Shown here piece by piece: positions 37,288 to 46,295 of a stretch of 64,000 nucleotides of DNA; the stretch's first letter is position 1, and each line of letters starts with the position of its first letter. Origin of the DNA: a virus (lineage: Duplodnaviria; Caudoviricetes). The DNA is taken from IMG/VR virus record IMGVR_UViG_3300030372_001977, positions 1 through 64,000 of that record; one strand, given 5' to 3'. The position numbers and the translations under genes are program-made. The notes under the pieces were generated by a model. The model saw nothing but the letters and a program-made list of their open reading frames with translations. It ran no database searches and was not told the origin of the DNA.

Positions 37288-37983
37288 ATGAGTACTATAA
37301 AACAACAGGTAGGGGATTGGTATGGTATACTAGATCCTATCTTTAGATCAGACTATTTTAGAAAGTTAACTGATCAACACAGGAAGCACACAACTGAGTG
37401 TACGGTTTATCCAGAAAAAGGTAAAACATTTAGAGCTTTTGAGTTATGTTCGTTAAACTCTGTAAAAGTTGTAATATTGGGACAAGATCCTTATCACGAT
37501 GGTAGTGCAACTGGACTAGCTTTTGCAAACGATGGTAAAGGTAGAGTTAGTCCTAGTTTGCGTAACATATTGCAGACAGTAAAGAATGATTTTGGAGATG
37601 TAAATGTAAATCCAAATCTAGAGAGCTGGGCTAAACAAGGTGTATTATTGTTAAATACTGCTTTGACTGTACAAAAAGGTATGCCTGCATCACATATAGA
37701 TATGTGGATGCCATTTACAAGAGATATTATAACTAAACTATCTTTAGAAAAGCCACATCTTGTATGGGTATTATGGGGCAAAAAAGCGCAAGAGTATCAT
37801 AGGCATATTATGTACAAAGCTGCACATACTATACTTGAAGCTCCTCATCCTGCTGCAGAAGTATACAGCGGAGGTAAGGCTGGCTTTTTTACATGTGAAC
37901 ACTTTAAGAAGATTAATATGGCGCTATTTAAAAACAAGATAGAGCCTATAGAATGGGGTGTAACACAAAATGTTGAGGTATGA
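37288..37983 (+). CDS. ung: uracil-DNA glycosylase family 1
   Basis: ILGQDPYH, GLAF, QGVLLLNT, VLWG, PHPAA. Confidence 0.92.
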   Translation: MSTIKQQVGDWYGILDPIFRSDYFRKLTDQHRKHTTECTVYPEKGKTFRAFELCSLNSVKVVILGQDPYHDGSATGLAFANDGKGRVSPSLRNILQTVKNDFGDVNVNPNLESWAKQGVLLLNTALTVQKGMPASHIDMWMPFTRDIITKLSLEKPHLVWVLWGKKAQEYHRHIMYKAAHTILEAPHPAAEVYSGGKAGFFTCEHFKKINMALFKNKIEPIEWGVTQNVEV

Positions 37984-38291
37984 CAGAAGAAGCTAAGCAT
38001 CTTATACAAGAATGTAAACAAAAAAAAGAGTGGGAAGAGCGCTACAGATCTAACTATATAGAATTAGATGATTATTTTAAATATAGTGGTGAAGTAGAGC
38101 CTACCCGAGTATTAATTACTCGTTATGAATATAATTATAATACTAAATGTAATGATTTATGCGAGCACTATATAAAAAAAGAAGATTATGAAAAATTATG
38201 GGAAAAATATAAGAGCAAGTCAGGTAGATTCGCTGAAGAAGTTGACTCCTTCTATTGGCATGAAACAGAAGACAGTCTACGGAGCAATTAA
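37980..38291 (+). CDS. hypothetical protein
   Basis: 103 aa, ATGA-coupled to ung. Confidence 0.6.
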   Translation: MTEEAKHLIQECKQKKEWEERYRSNYIELDDYFKYSGEVEPTRVLITRYEYNYNTKCNDLCEHYIKKEDYEKLWEKYKSKSGRFAEEVDSFYWHETEDSLRSN

Positions 38292-38460
38292 AACTGCTAA
38301 CCCAGCTACAAATAGGAACATAGCTAAGGTTTTAGGTTGGGATATAAACAGAGTTACAGGTCGTGTCACAGAGCTTGTTAGTAAGGGTATGGTTAAATCT
38401 AATGGTACATACTTTGACAAGGATACAAATAGAACAGTAACGTTATGGCAAGCAGTGTGA
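38188..38460 (+). CDS. winged helix-turn-helix protein
   Basis: ATNRNIAKVLGWDINRVTGRVTELVSKGMV. Confidence 0.7.
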   Translation: MKNYGKNIRASQVDSLKKLTPSIGMKQKTVYGAIKTANPATNRNIAKVLGWDINRVTGRVTELVSKGMVKSNGTYFDKDTNRTVTLWQAV

Positions 38461-39617
38461 CCAAAAAGATTAACCAAATAAGAGATAAAGAGCAAAGAAA
38501 CGCTCTAAATAGCTGGGCTAAGCAAAACTATATTGGCTCTGTTATAGCAGGTACAGGCTTTGGTAAATCTAGAGTTGGTGTTTTAGCTGTCAATCATGCA
38601 CTTAGAGATGGTGGCAGAGCACTAATACTTGTACCTACAGTTCAACTGCAAGAACAATTTAAAGAAGAGTTTTCTAAATGGGGACTAGAACATTGTTTAG
38701 ACTTTACAGATGTACTATGTTATCAGACTGCTTATAAAATGGCTGGTGAGCACTATACTATTGTGATTTGTGACGAAGTTCACCTAGGATTGAGTCCTGA
38801 ATACAGGAAATTCTTTAAATATAATAGCTATGATTATCTATTGTGTATGACTGCTACACCACCTGAAGAAGCAGAATATAAAGAAATTTTGTATAAATTG
38901 GCACCTATTGCCTATTCTATCACTTTAGATAGGTGTGTTAAACTAGGGATAGTCAGTCCTTATAAGATTACATGTGTTCCAGTCAAATTAACCAAGAAAG
39001 AGCAAGATAGTTATAAAAAAATTAACAATAAATTTTTATACTATAAGTATAGCCTTGGTCAATTTGATGCTTTTAATGAGGCAAAACGCATATTAAAAGA
39101 CAATAGCGCATCTCCTGCACAGAAACAGGCTGCTGTACAATTTTACAGATGTATTAGAGAACGTAAGAAAATTGTAGACTTTGCATCTAATAAGATAAAG
39201 AAGTTTCAGCAGATATTTGCAAAGAAAAAAGACAATAAGATCTTGGTTTTCAGTGGTGCAAATACCTTTACAGATGAGCTCTGTGAGTCTATTTCTCCTT
39301 TTGCGCTGTCTTACCATTCTAAGAAGACTAAAAAGCAAAGAGACGAAGCCTTAGAGGCATTTAAGACAAACAAAATCAGTGTGTTATGCTCTACTAAAGC
39401 TTTGAATCAAGGTTTTGATGTACCTGACGCTAATATGGGGATTATATGTGGAATTACTAGTAAGTCACTCCCTATGATCCAGCGTGTAGGTAGGCTGATT
39501 AGATTTCAAGAGAATAAAGTAGGTGAAATTATTATCTTGTATGTAAAAGATAGTCAGGAAGAAAAATGGCTAAAAAATGCAGTTAAAAGTTTGAATAATA
39601 TAGTATGGAAAAAATAA
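38445..39617 (+). CDS. superfamily 2 helicase (DEAD/DEAH-like)
   Basis: AGTGFGKS, ICDEVH, MTAT, QGFDVPD, QRVGR. Confidence 0.92.
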   Translation: MASSVTKKINQIRDKEQRNALNSWAKQNYIGSVIAGTGFGKSRVGVLAVNHALRDGGRALILVPTVQLQEQFKEEFSKWGLEHCLDFTDVLCYQTAYKMAGEHYTIVICDEVHLGLSPEYRKFFKYNSYDYLLCMTATPPEEAEYKEILYKLAPIAYSITLDRCVKLGIVSPYKITCVPVKLTKKEQDSYKKINNKFLYYKYSLGQFDAFNEAKRILKDNSASPAQKQAAVQFYRCIRERKKIVDFASNKIKKFQQIFAKKKDNKILVFSGANTFTDELCESISPFALSYHSKKTKKQRDEALEAFKTNKISVLCSTKALNQGFDVPDANMGIICGITSKSLPMIQRVGRLIRFQENKVGEIIILYVKDSQEEKWLKNAVKSLNNIVWKK

Positions 39618-39628
39618 TGTTTAAAATA

Positions 39629-39660
39629 TTTGTATACTATGTAAATTGTTATTATATTTG
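39629..39660 (+). promoter_or_regulatory. Bacteroidota sigma70 promoter (TTTG-N20-TATATTTG)
   Basis: Both elements present with canonical spacing, upstream of the initiator/dnaB genes. Confidence 0.8.
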
Positions 39661-39674
39661 CACTAGATTAAAAT

Positions 39675-40262
39675 GTGAATATAATAAATTCTTTTATAAA
39701 TTTTACTGCCATGAAAATTGATATAGATTTTGAAATACTGATGGAGACTAACATGTCTGCAGATGATTTTACTTATTTGTATCTACTATATAAGAAAGAA
39801 TATAGTTATATACCCAATCTTAATCTTAAACCAAATTTAGACAAATTACAGGAAGCGGGATATATTAAGTTAGGCGAATCGTCTGATCAACACGTTGTTA
39901 GACAAGAGTTTATAGATCTTTTCTCTAATGACTTTGATCAGATGTTTGCTGAGCTTATATCTACATATCCTATGAAAGTAACCACATCTAATAAAGGAGT
40001 TAGAGTGTTGCATGCTAAGGATCCAGATGCTAAAGCTAATCTGAAATGCAAACTAAGGTATAAAAGAATAGTTGGTGACAAGAAGTATAAACATAAGCAT
40101 ATAATGCGATGTTTAGATAACCAGCTAAAAATAGAAAGAAACAACCTTGGGTATTTACAGAATTTAGAAACTTGGATTAATAACCATACTTGGGAAAAGT
40201 ATGAAAACTTAGATGAACATGACACACGAGAAACTACCACACGGATTACAAGATCCCTTTAA
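39675..40262 (+). CDS. putative replication initiator / helicase loader
   Basis: N-terminal wHTH-like region, DnaD-like FAELISTYP...YLQNLETWIN; upstream of dnaB; likely start MKIDID at 39711. Confidence 0.55.
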   Translation: MNIINSFINFTAMKIDIDFEILMETNMSADDFTYLYLLYKKEYSYIPNLNLKPNLDKLQEAGYIKLGESSDQHVVRQEFIDLFSNDFDQMFAELISTYPMKVTTSNKGVRVLHAKDPDAKANLKCKLRYKRIVGDKKYKHKHIMRCLDNQLKIERNNLGYLQNLETWINNHTWEKYENLDEHDTRETTTRITRSL

Positions 40263-41166
40263 ACAAAACGGCTTTAAGAGTATAAAACAGTCAGTATCTG
40301 CGTCTTTGACAGAGATTAGGACTGGTATGTACGGTAAAAGACGTGTATACCCCACTAAATGGGGGAGATTAAATACTAATTTACTAGGAGGTTTACAACC
40401 TGGTAAGATGTATGTCGTTGCTGGACGACCTGGTGTAGGTAAGTCAGCATTTAGTAATCAAATGATCTTTGACTTACTGGACAATAATAAAGATAAGCAA
40501 TTAACTGTATTGTATTGGAGCTTCGAGATGCCTGGCTATCAGCAGATATTAAGGGCTGGTGCAAAAGGAGCTAACAAGCAAGTTAGTGATTTATTATCTG
40601 TAAAAGAAACTCTGCAACAGGCTGAGTATGAGAAGTATAGAGATGAGGTTATTAAGTATAATGACTACCCTATATACTTTAACAACATACCTAGAGATAT
40701 AGAGTTTATTAAGAAGGCAAATATAGATGTAACAAACAAGCATCCTGACACTACTATTATAAATGTGTTTGACCATTCTAGATTAATACTTAGTGGTAAA
40801 GATCAAGAATTGCAAAAACTAAATGAGGTTAGCAAAGGATGTATGTGGTTACAAGCTAAGATAGGATGTATAAATATATTATTATCACAGCTAAATCGTA
40901 ACATAGAGCAAGAACACCGTGCTAAGGCACAGTATCAGCCATTGCTTACAGATTTGTTTGGTGGTGACAGTATAGGTCAGGATGCACATGTAGTATTAAT
41001 GCTACAAAGGCCTAACGATTTGTATGGTATTACCGATGCATATTGTGGAGAAAGTCCTATTAAACTGCTGGCATGTCATGTAGAGAAAAACCGTGATGGT
41101 TTACTAGGTATGATACCGTATGAAGCAGAGATGTCAACATTTACTATTAACGAAAGAATAAAATAA
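40213..41166 (+). CDS. dnaB: DnaB-like replicative helicase (C-terminal RecA domain only)
   Basis: VVAGRPGVGKS, SFEM, VFDH, LSQLNR, GQDA..V, EKNRDG. Confidence 0.92.
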   Translation: MNMTHEKLPHGLQDPFKQNGFKSIKQSVSASLTEIRTGMYGKRRVYPTKWGRLNTNLLGGLQPGKMYVVAGRPGVGKSAFSNQMIFDLLDNNKDKQLTVLYWSFEMPGYQQILRAGAKGANKQVSDLLSVKETLQQAEYEKYRDEVIKYNDYPIYFNNIPRDIEFIKKANIDVTNKHPDTTIINVFDHSRLILSGKDQELQKLNEVSKGCMWLQAKIGCINILLSQLNRNIEQEHRAKAQYQPLLTDLFGGDSIGQDAHVVLMLQRPNDLYGITDAYCGESPIKLLACHVEKNRDGLLGMIPYEAEMSTFTINERIK

Positions 41167-41324
41167 TGTTTAAAAAAATATTTAACCTATTTATAGGAGA
41201 GGAAAATCAAAACGAAACACTAATTAGAAACATAGAAAACTATGAGCAAAAAGAAAAAGCTAAACAGCAAAAACCCAAAGTACTGGCCAAAGGACAGGCG
41301 AGAAGGACCAAAAATAAAAAATAG
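41166..41324 (+). CDS. 52-aa basic protein, not in the ORF track
   Basis: Hand translation MFKKIFNLFIGEENQNETLIRNIENYEQKEKAKQQKPKVLAKGQARRTKNKK; TAATG coupling to dnaB. Confidence 0.5.
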   Translation: MFKKIFNLFIGEENQNETLIRNIENYEQKEKAKQQKPKVLAKGQARRTKNKK

Positions 41325-41388
41325 AGTATTAATGTGTACTACACACCATGGATGTAAAGTTTATGGGATATGGTACGAAAACGAGTAA
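41242..41388 (+). CDS. 48-aa basic protein, not in the ORF track
   Basis: Hand translation MSKKKKLNSKNPKYWPKDRREGPKIKNRVLMCTTHHGCKVYGIWYENE; stop 2 nt before the AAA ATG. Confidence 0.5.
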   Translation: MSKKKKLNSKNPKYWPKDRREGPKIKNRVLMCTTHHGCKVYGIWYENE

Positions 41389-41390
41389 AT

Positions 41391-42089
41391 ATGGAATTAC
41401 CAAAAACAAAGGTAAAGGCTAGCCGTAAATCGCCTAAAAACATGATAATATATGGTCCACCAAAGATTGGTAAGACTACAATATTGTCAGAACTAGATAA
41501 CTGTTTGATTATAGATCTTGAGGATGGTTCTGATATGGTTGATGCTTTAAAAGTTAAAGTAACTAACCTTAAAGAGCTAGCTAATGTGGGTAGAGAGGTA
41601 ATTAAACAAGGGAAGCCGTATAAATATGTTGCTATCGACACTATATCTAAACTAGAGGAATGGTGTGAGGAGGAAGGTAAGCAGATTTATATGAAGACAC
41701 CTATGGGTAAGAACTTTGAGACTAAAAACCCTGGTATGTCAATTTTGTCATTGCCTAATGGCGCAGGTTATTTATATTTGCGGATGGCATACAAAAAATG
41801 GATTGATAGATTAAATTTACTTGCTGATAGAGTTATACTTGTAGGTCACTTAAAAGACAAGATGCTAGAGAAGAAAGGTAAAGAAGTATCTGTCAAAGAC
41901 CTAGATTTAACAGGTAAAATAAAACAGATTACATGCGCTAATGCAGATGCTGTTGGTTATATATATAGAGAAGGAGATGAGACTATGGTATCATTCAATT
42001 CTCTAGATGATGTAACTGCAGGTTCACGTTGCGCACACCTAAAAGGCCAGACTATGCCTATGAAATGGTCAGAAATATATATAGATTAA
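41391..42089 (+). CDS. AAA_24/Sak4-like ATPase (recombination)
   Basis: IIYGPPKIGKTT, IIDLEDG, VAIDTIS, VILVGHLKD; start re-assigned to MELPK. Confidence 0.85.
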   Translation: MELPKTKVKASRKSPKNMIIYGPPKIGKTTILSELDNCLIIDLEDGSDMVDALKVKVTNLKELANVGREVIKQGKPYKYVAIDTISKLEEWCEEEGKQIYMKTPMGKNFETKNPGMSILSLPNGAGYLYLRMAYKKWIDRLNLLADRVILVGHLKDKMLEKKGKEVSVKDLDLTGKIKQITCANADAVGYIYREGDETMVSFNSLDDVTAGSRCAHLKGQTMPMKWSEIYID

Positions 42090-42110
42090 TAACCAATTAA
42101 ACACAAAAAA

Positions 42111-42599
42111 ATGATTGAAATGAGAAAAACCCCAGAGACAGGAGTAAAGACTCCTGCAAAAATTTCCGTAATGCAGATTGATCAAGATCTTAAGGACGGT
42201 ATTAGTAAGTCAGAAATGGCAAAAAAGTATAACATTAAACCATGGGAAGTGGATGAGATGTTTAAGCATTCTTTTCTAAAAGGTAGAAGACCTAGCAGAA
42301 AGAAAGCTTTATCTTTTACTTTTGTAGATGATGCACCTAAAACTACACCGGAAGAAGATTTTGTAGATCCTAATCAAGTAACTCTAGAGCAAGCTATAGA
42401 CAATGCTATGGATAGTGCTGAAGAGGCTAGACAAGAGTTACAGGATGCAGAAGCGGCTATAACTGAAATGCTAAGTCCTACACAGTTTGCTACTCCTGAG
42501 CAGGAGGTAGTTAGTGCTTTGACTGACTCAGCTGAAGAAGTAGAGGTAGAAGAAATTACAGAAGAACTAGAAGAAGACGATACAACGTTTGAATTATAA
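42111..42599 (+). CDS. hypothetical protein, HTH-like N-terminus and acidic tail
   Basis: DLKDGISKSEMAKKYNIKPWEVDEMF; Glu-rich C-terminus. Confidence 0.6.
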   Translation: MIEMRKTPETGVKTPAKISVMQIDQDLKDGISKSEMAKKYNIKPWEVDEMFKHSFLKGRRPSRKKALSFTFVDDAPKTTPEEDFVDPNQVTLEQAIDNAMDSAEEARQELQDAEAAITEMLSPTQFATPEQEVVSALTDSAEEVEVEEITEELEEDDTTFEL

Positions 42600-42626
42600 T
42601 TAATTAACCAATAAAAATAGATAAAA

Positions 42627-43409
42627 ATGGCAATACAAAGTAATGCAAGTACCCAAGAGGTAGTAGGAGGAATAAAAGTTTATTCTGGCCTAACAAATGT
42701 AAAAGTTTTAGCAGTAAATCCAACAATGGCAGAGTTACACGCTATGGATATAAATGTTAAACAAGAACCTAATTATAAAGTGTCGTTTAGTGACCAAGAT
42801 TATAATAAAGTTGTATTCTGGCTAGCTAACGAAGATGGTAACTTTAAATTAGAAATACTAATGGCTAGTAACTTTAGAGTTTCACAAGCCGGTAAACACC
42901 AATGGATTAATGCTACTGGTCAATCTACATGGTCTGAAGAAGCTCCTAGTTATGAGTGGTGGAAAGCAGATGGTCAGAGAAAAGCATATATAGGTGAGGA
43001 AACTCTAATTAATTTTGTAAAAGCATGGGCTAATGTAGCTAATGGTGATGAAGTATCTTTTGATACTATTAATGCTATTGCTTCTGGTGATGTAACAGAA
43101 ATTAAAGAGCTAGTTAAAGTATTAACTAATAACGAAGTTAGAGTTCTTGTAGGTGTAAAAGACGATAAGTATCAGCAAGTGTATACTAAATATTTTGGTA
43201 GAGTAAAACCTCAAAGAAATGATTTATTTGTAAAAGCACTTAATGATGATTATGGTTCTTTTAATGCAGATTTTAATGCTGACTTAGTGTGGGGCACACA
43301 TAAACCAACTAGTGAGTTAATTTCTCCTGATGCACCAGCAGAAGATGAGGATTGGACTGCAGAACCTGCAATGGCTAGCACAGAAAAAGGCGAAGACTTG
43401 CCGTTCTAA
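42627..43409 (+). CDS. ssb: single-stranded DNA-binding protein (crAss-type)
   Basis: YSGLTNVKVLAVNPT N-terminus, acidic tail ending EDLPF, between AAA and primase. Confidence 0.7.
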   Translation: MAIQSNASTQEVVGGIKVYSGLTNVKVLAVNPTMAELHAMDINVKQEPNYKVSFSDQDYNKVVFWLANEDGNFKLEILMASNFRVSQAGKHQWINATGQSTWSEEAPSYEWWKADGQRKAYIGEETLINFVKAWANVANGDEVSFDTINAIASGDVTEIKELVKVLTNNEVRVLVGVKDDKYQQVYTKYFGRVKPQRNDLFVKALNDDYGSFNADFNADLVWGTHKPTSELISPDAPAEDEDWTAEPAMASTEKGEDLPF

Positions 43410-44410
43410 TGGCAATTAAGAGCCGAAGAAGCGAGGATCATTTACACACGGATGTCATACTTGGTAAAATTACTGAGTATGACATTTTTGTGTATTATTG
43501 TCCTAGCTTTAAAGAACTTGGTAAAAAGTTTAAAAGTGACTTAAGGAAAGATAACTCTCCAACAGTTTCTATAGTACCTTACAATGGTAAGTTGTTGTAT
43601 AAAGACTTTGGTAATCCTGATCATACTTTTGACTGTTTTAATTATATTAGGCATAAGTATGCATGTTCTTTTATAGGTGCTCTAAGAATTATAGACTGCG
43701 ACTTTAATTTAGGACTAGGTTCTAAAACAGACGCTATTAAATTTACAATGGGCTATATGGCCTATAGACAAGACAAAACCCCAAAACTAATAAAGCCTGA
43801 GATAATTATCAGGAAGAAAAGACGACAATGGACAAAGGCAGATGCGAACTTTTGGTCTCAATATTTGGTTAGTAGAAAATTATTGATTAAGTTTGCTGTC
43901 GAACCAATAAGTCACTTCTGGGTTAACAGTTCTAGATTTAGCTGTAAATCAATTAGTTATGCTTTTCGATTCAATAATAGGTATAAAATCTATTCTCCTT
44001 ATGATGAACAAAATAAATGGTTGAGCAACACAAAAAAGACAGACGTGCAAGGCTATAACCAACTCCCAAATAAAGGTGAGAGGCTAATCATCACATCATC
44101 TCTTAAAGATGTTATATGTTTACATGCTGCAGGCTACAATTCGATTGCTATGCAAAGCGAAATGCAATTACCTTCAGATAAACTAATAAGTGAGCTAAAA
44201 CAAAGATTTACTACAGTAGAAATTTTATACGATAATGATTTTGATAAAGCAAATAATCCTGGCCAGGTAATGGCTAAGAAAATTTGTGACTTATATGGTT
44301 TTAATAATATCTGTTTACCAGCTAAATATAAATCTAAAGATCCATCAGATTTAGTTAGTAAGACAGGTAGTTTTAATGAATTAAAAACTATATTAAATGA
44401 GACGAGATGA
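43409..44410 (+). CDS. dnaG: DNA primase (TOPRIM)
   Basis: LRKDNSPT...YKDFG...DCF; IITSSLKDV; ILYDND. Confidence 0.85.
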   Translation: MAIKSRRSEDHLHTDVILGKITEYDIFVYYCPSFKELGKKFKSDLRKDNSPTVSIVPYNGKLLYKDFGNPDHTFDCFNYIRHKYACSFIGALRIIDCDFNLGLGSKTDAIKFTMGYMAYRQDKTPKLIKPEIIIRKKRRQWTKADANFWSQYLVSRKLLIKFAVEPISHFWVNSSRFSCKSISYAFRFNNRYKIYSPYDEQNKWLSNTKKTDVQGYNQLPNKGERLIITSSLKDVICLHAAGYNSIAMQSEMQLPSDKLISELKQRFTTVEILYDNDFDKANNPGQVMAKKICDLYGFNNICLPAKYKSKDPSDLVSKTGSFNELKTILNETR

Positions 44411-45566
44411 AATTATTGAAAAATTTAGAACACGGAAAGGCTTTTTAAAGAAAGGGGCGCAATGGCTTGCCGACAAATGGGGCGTAGACATAGCTATTAT
44501 TAAAGATTGTAAAAAAATTGTAACTTCTGAAGAGTGGGTACAAGAGCGCATGAATAATGATAACGGTCACGAACTAAGTCAAAGTCAAGCATTTTCAAAA
44601 CATTTGTTAGATAACGGATTAACTATGGCAGATGTAAAGTCTGTTAAGTTTTGGCAGAACTTTAACGGTGAGCAAAGGTATAGTATAGTAACACATAATC
44701 AGTGGCATGAACAGCCGCAGGTTAAAGATGAGTTGCTAAATTATATTAAGAGTAGGTCTGTTAAAGTTCCAAAGCTTAAGTACAAAAAACCTAAAGATCC
44801 TATTTGTTATGAAATATCTTTACCAGATATACATTATGGTAAGATAACTGATGAGGGGCCAGAAGCGTTAGAAAAGCAATATTTAGAAACTATTCAAGAT
44901 TTGCATAGAAAAGCTGATGGTTTAGAGATTGAAAGGTTTCTTTTACCTGTAGGTAATGATGGTCTTAACTCAGAAGGTATGAGTAGAGCTACAACTAAAG
45001 GTACACCTCAACAAGATAGTATGCGTTGGCGTCAATCTTTTAGAGGTTATTGGCATTTAGTTACAAAAGCAATTGACTATTTATCACAATTTGCACCTGT
45101 AGATGTAGTAGTTGTACAAGGTAATCATGACTTTGAACGCATGTTTTATGTGGGAGAAGTGTTAGATGCTTTATATCATAAGAATAAAAACGTAACTGTA
45201 GATAATAATTTAGAGTCACGTAAATATTATGAGTATGGTATAAATATGATTATGTTTACACACGGTGATAAAGAAAAAGCTAATGAGCTTCCGCTATTGA
45301 TTGCCACTGAACAACCTGACATGTGGAGTAGATGTAAAATTAGAGAGATACACTGTGGACACAAGCATAAGGAAATGCTTAATGAATACATGGGTACAAA
45401 AGTAAGGTTTATTCCTAGTATATGTGCTAACGATACTTGGCACAAAACACAAGGCTATGTAGGTACACTGCGATGTGGACAAGCATACATTTGGAATAAA
45501 TCTAGAGGACTAGAAGGTTATTTACAAACTAACGTGGTAAAATATGGTGTGGAAGCGGAGAGCTAA
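44397..45566 (+). CDS. calcineurin-like metallophosphoesterase
   Basis: DIHYG, GND, GNHD, THGD, GHKH. Confidence 0.88.
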   Translation: MRRDEIIEKFRTRKGFLKKGAQWLADKWGVDIAIIKDCKKIVTSEEWVQERMNNDNGHELSQSQAFSKHLLDNGLTMADVKSVKFWQNFNGEQRYSIVTHNQWHEQPQVKDELLNYIKSRSVKVPKLKYKKPKDPICYEISLPDIHYGKITDEGPEALEKQYLETIQDLHRKADGLEIERFLLPVGNDGLNSEGMSRATTKGTPQQDSMRWRQSFRGYWHLVTKAIDYLSQFAPVDVVVVQGNHDFERMFYVGEVLDALYHKNKNVTVDNNLESRKYYEYGINMIMFTHGDKEKANELPLLIATEQPDMWSRCKIREIHCGHKHKEMLNEYMGTKVRFIPSICANDTWHKTQGYVGTLRCGQAYIWNKSRGLEGYLQTNVVKYGVEAES

Positions 45567-45990
45567 AAAGAAGTCAAGATCTAAAGTAAAGAATGCTAAA
45601 AAGTGTACTTACGATGGTAAGAAGTTTCAGTCTAATTTAGAACTTTATTGTTATAAACAGTTAGAAGAAGCTGAGATATTAGTAGATTATGAAGAACATA
45701 CATTTACTATATTTCCAGCTCTAGTATATCCTCAAGCATGTTATGAGGGTACAACTAAAAAGCTTTATAATAAAGGCTCTAAAATTAGACCGATAACTTA
45801 TACACCTGACTTTGTAGATCCAAATGGTAAATTTATTATAGAAACAAAAGGCTATGCAAATGAGTCTTTTCCTTTAAGATGGAAGCTGTTTAAAAAACAT
45901 CTTAAGGACAACAACAAACAATATGTGCTTTTTATGCCAAGAAACAAAAAGCAGGTAGATGAGGTTGTTGAACTTATCAAACAATTATAG
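45544..45990 (+). CDS. PD-(D/E)xK endonuclease (DUF1064/endonuclease I-like)
   Basis: FQSNLE, YTPDFV, IIETKG. Confidence 0.85.
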   Translation: MVWKRRAKKKSRSKVKNAKKCTYDGKKFQSNLELYCYKQLEEAEILVDYEEHTFTIFPALVYPQACYEGTTKKLYNKGSKIRPITYTPDFVDPNGKFIIETKGYANESFPLRWKLFKKHLKDNNKQYVLFMPRNKKQVDEVVELIKQL

Positions 45991-45993
45991 GTT

Positions 45994-46064
45994 AAGGGGA
46001 GGTTAGTAATTTAATTTTAATAACGAGCGGTTATACTTTGTGTGTAATTACAATTCCTCCCCTT
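45994..46064 (+). other. extended intergenic stem-loop (terminator-like)
   Basis: AAGGGGAGG/CCTCCCCTT outer stem, GTAATT/AATTAC and ATAAC/GTTAT inner stems, then a T-rich run. Confidence 0.55.
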
Positions 46065-46097
46065 TCCTTTTTATTAATCAATTAAATAATTAAACGT

Positions 46098-46295
46098 ATG
46101 GCAAATTTAGTAAGCCCTTGCTGTGGGCATGATTACAGCGACACCCTAGATAGTGAAGGATATGAAATCTATGTTTGTGACCATCCTAGATGTGGAGAAG
46201 AATTTGATGAGCCTGTAGAGGACTATGAGTATGATGCTCGTATAAGGGAATCATATTTAGAGGACCGCATGGATGAAAGAAGGTTAGGACTATGA
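46098..46295 (+). CDS. small zinc-binding protein
   Basis: SPCCG...VCDHPRCGE. Confidence 0.6.
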   Translation: MANLVSPCCGHDYSDTLDSEGYEIYVCDHPRCGEEFDEPVEDYEYDARIRESYLEDRMDERRLGL

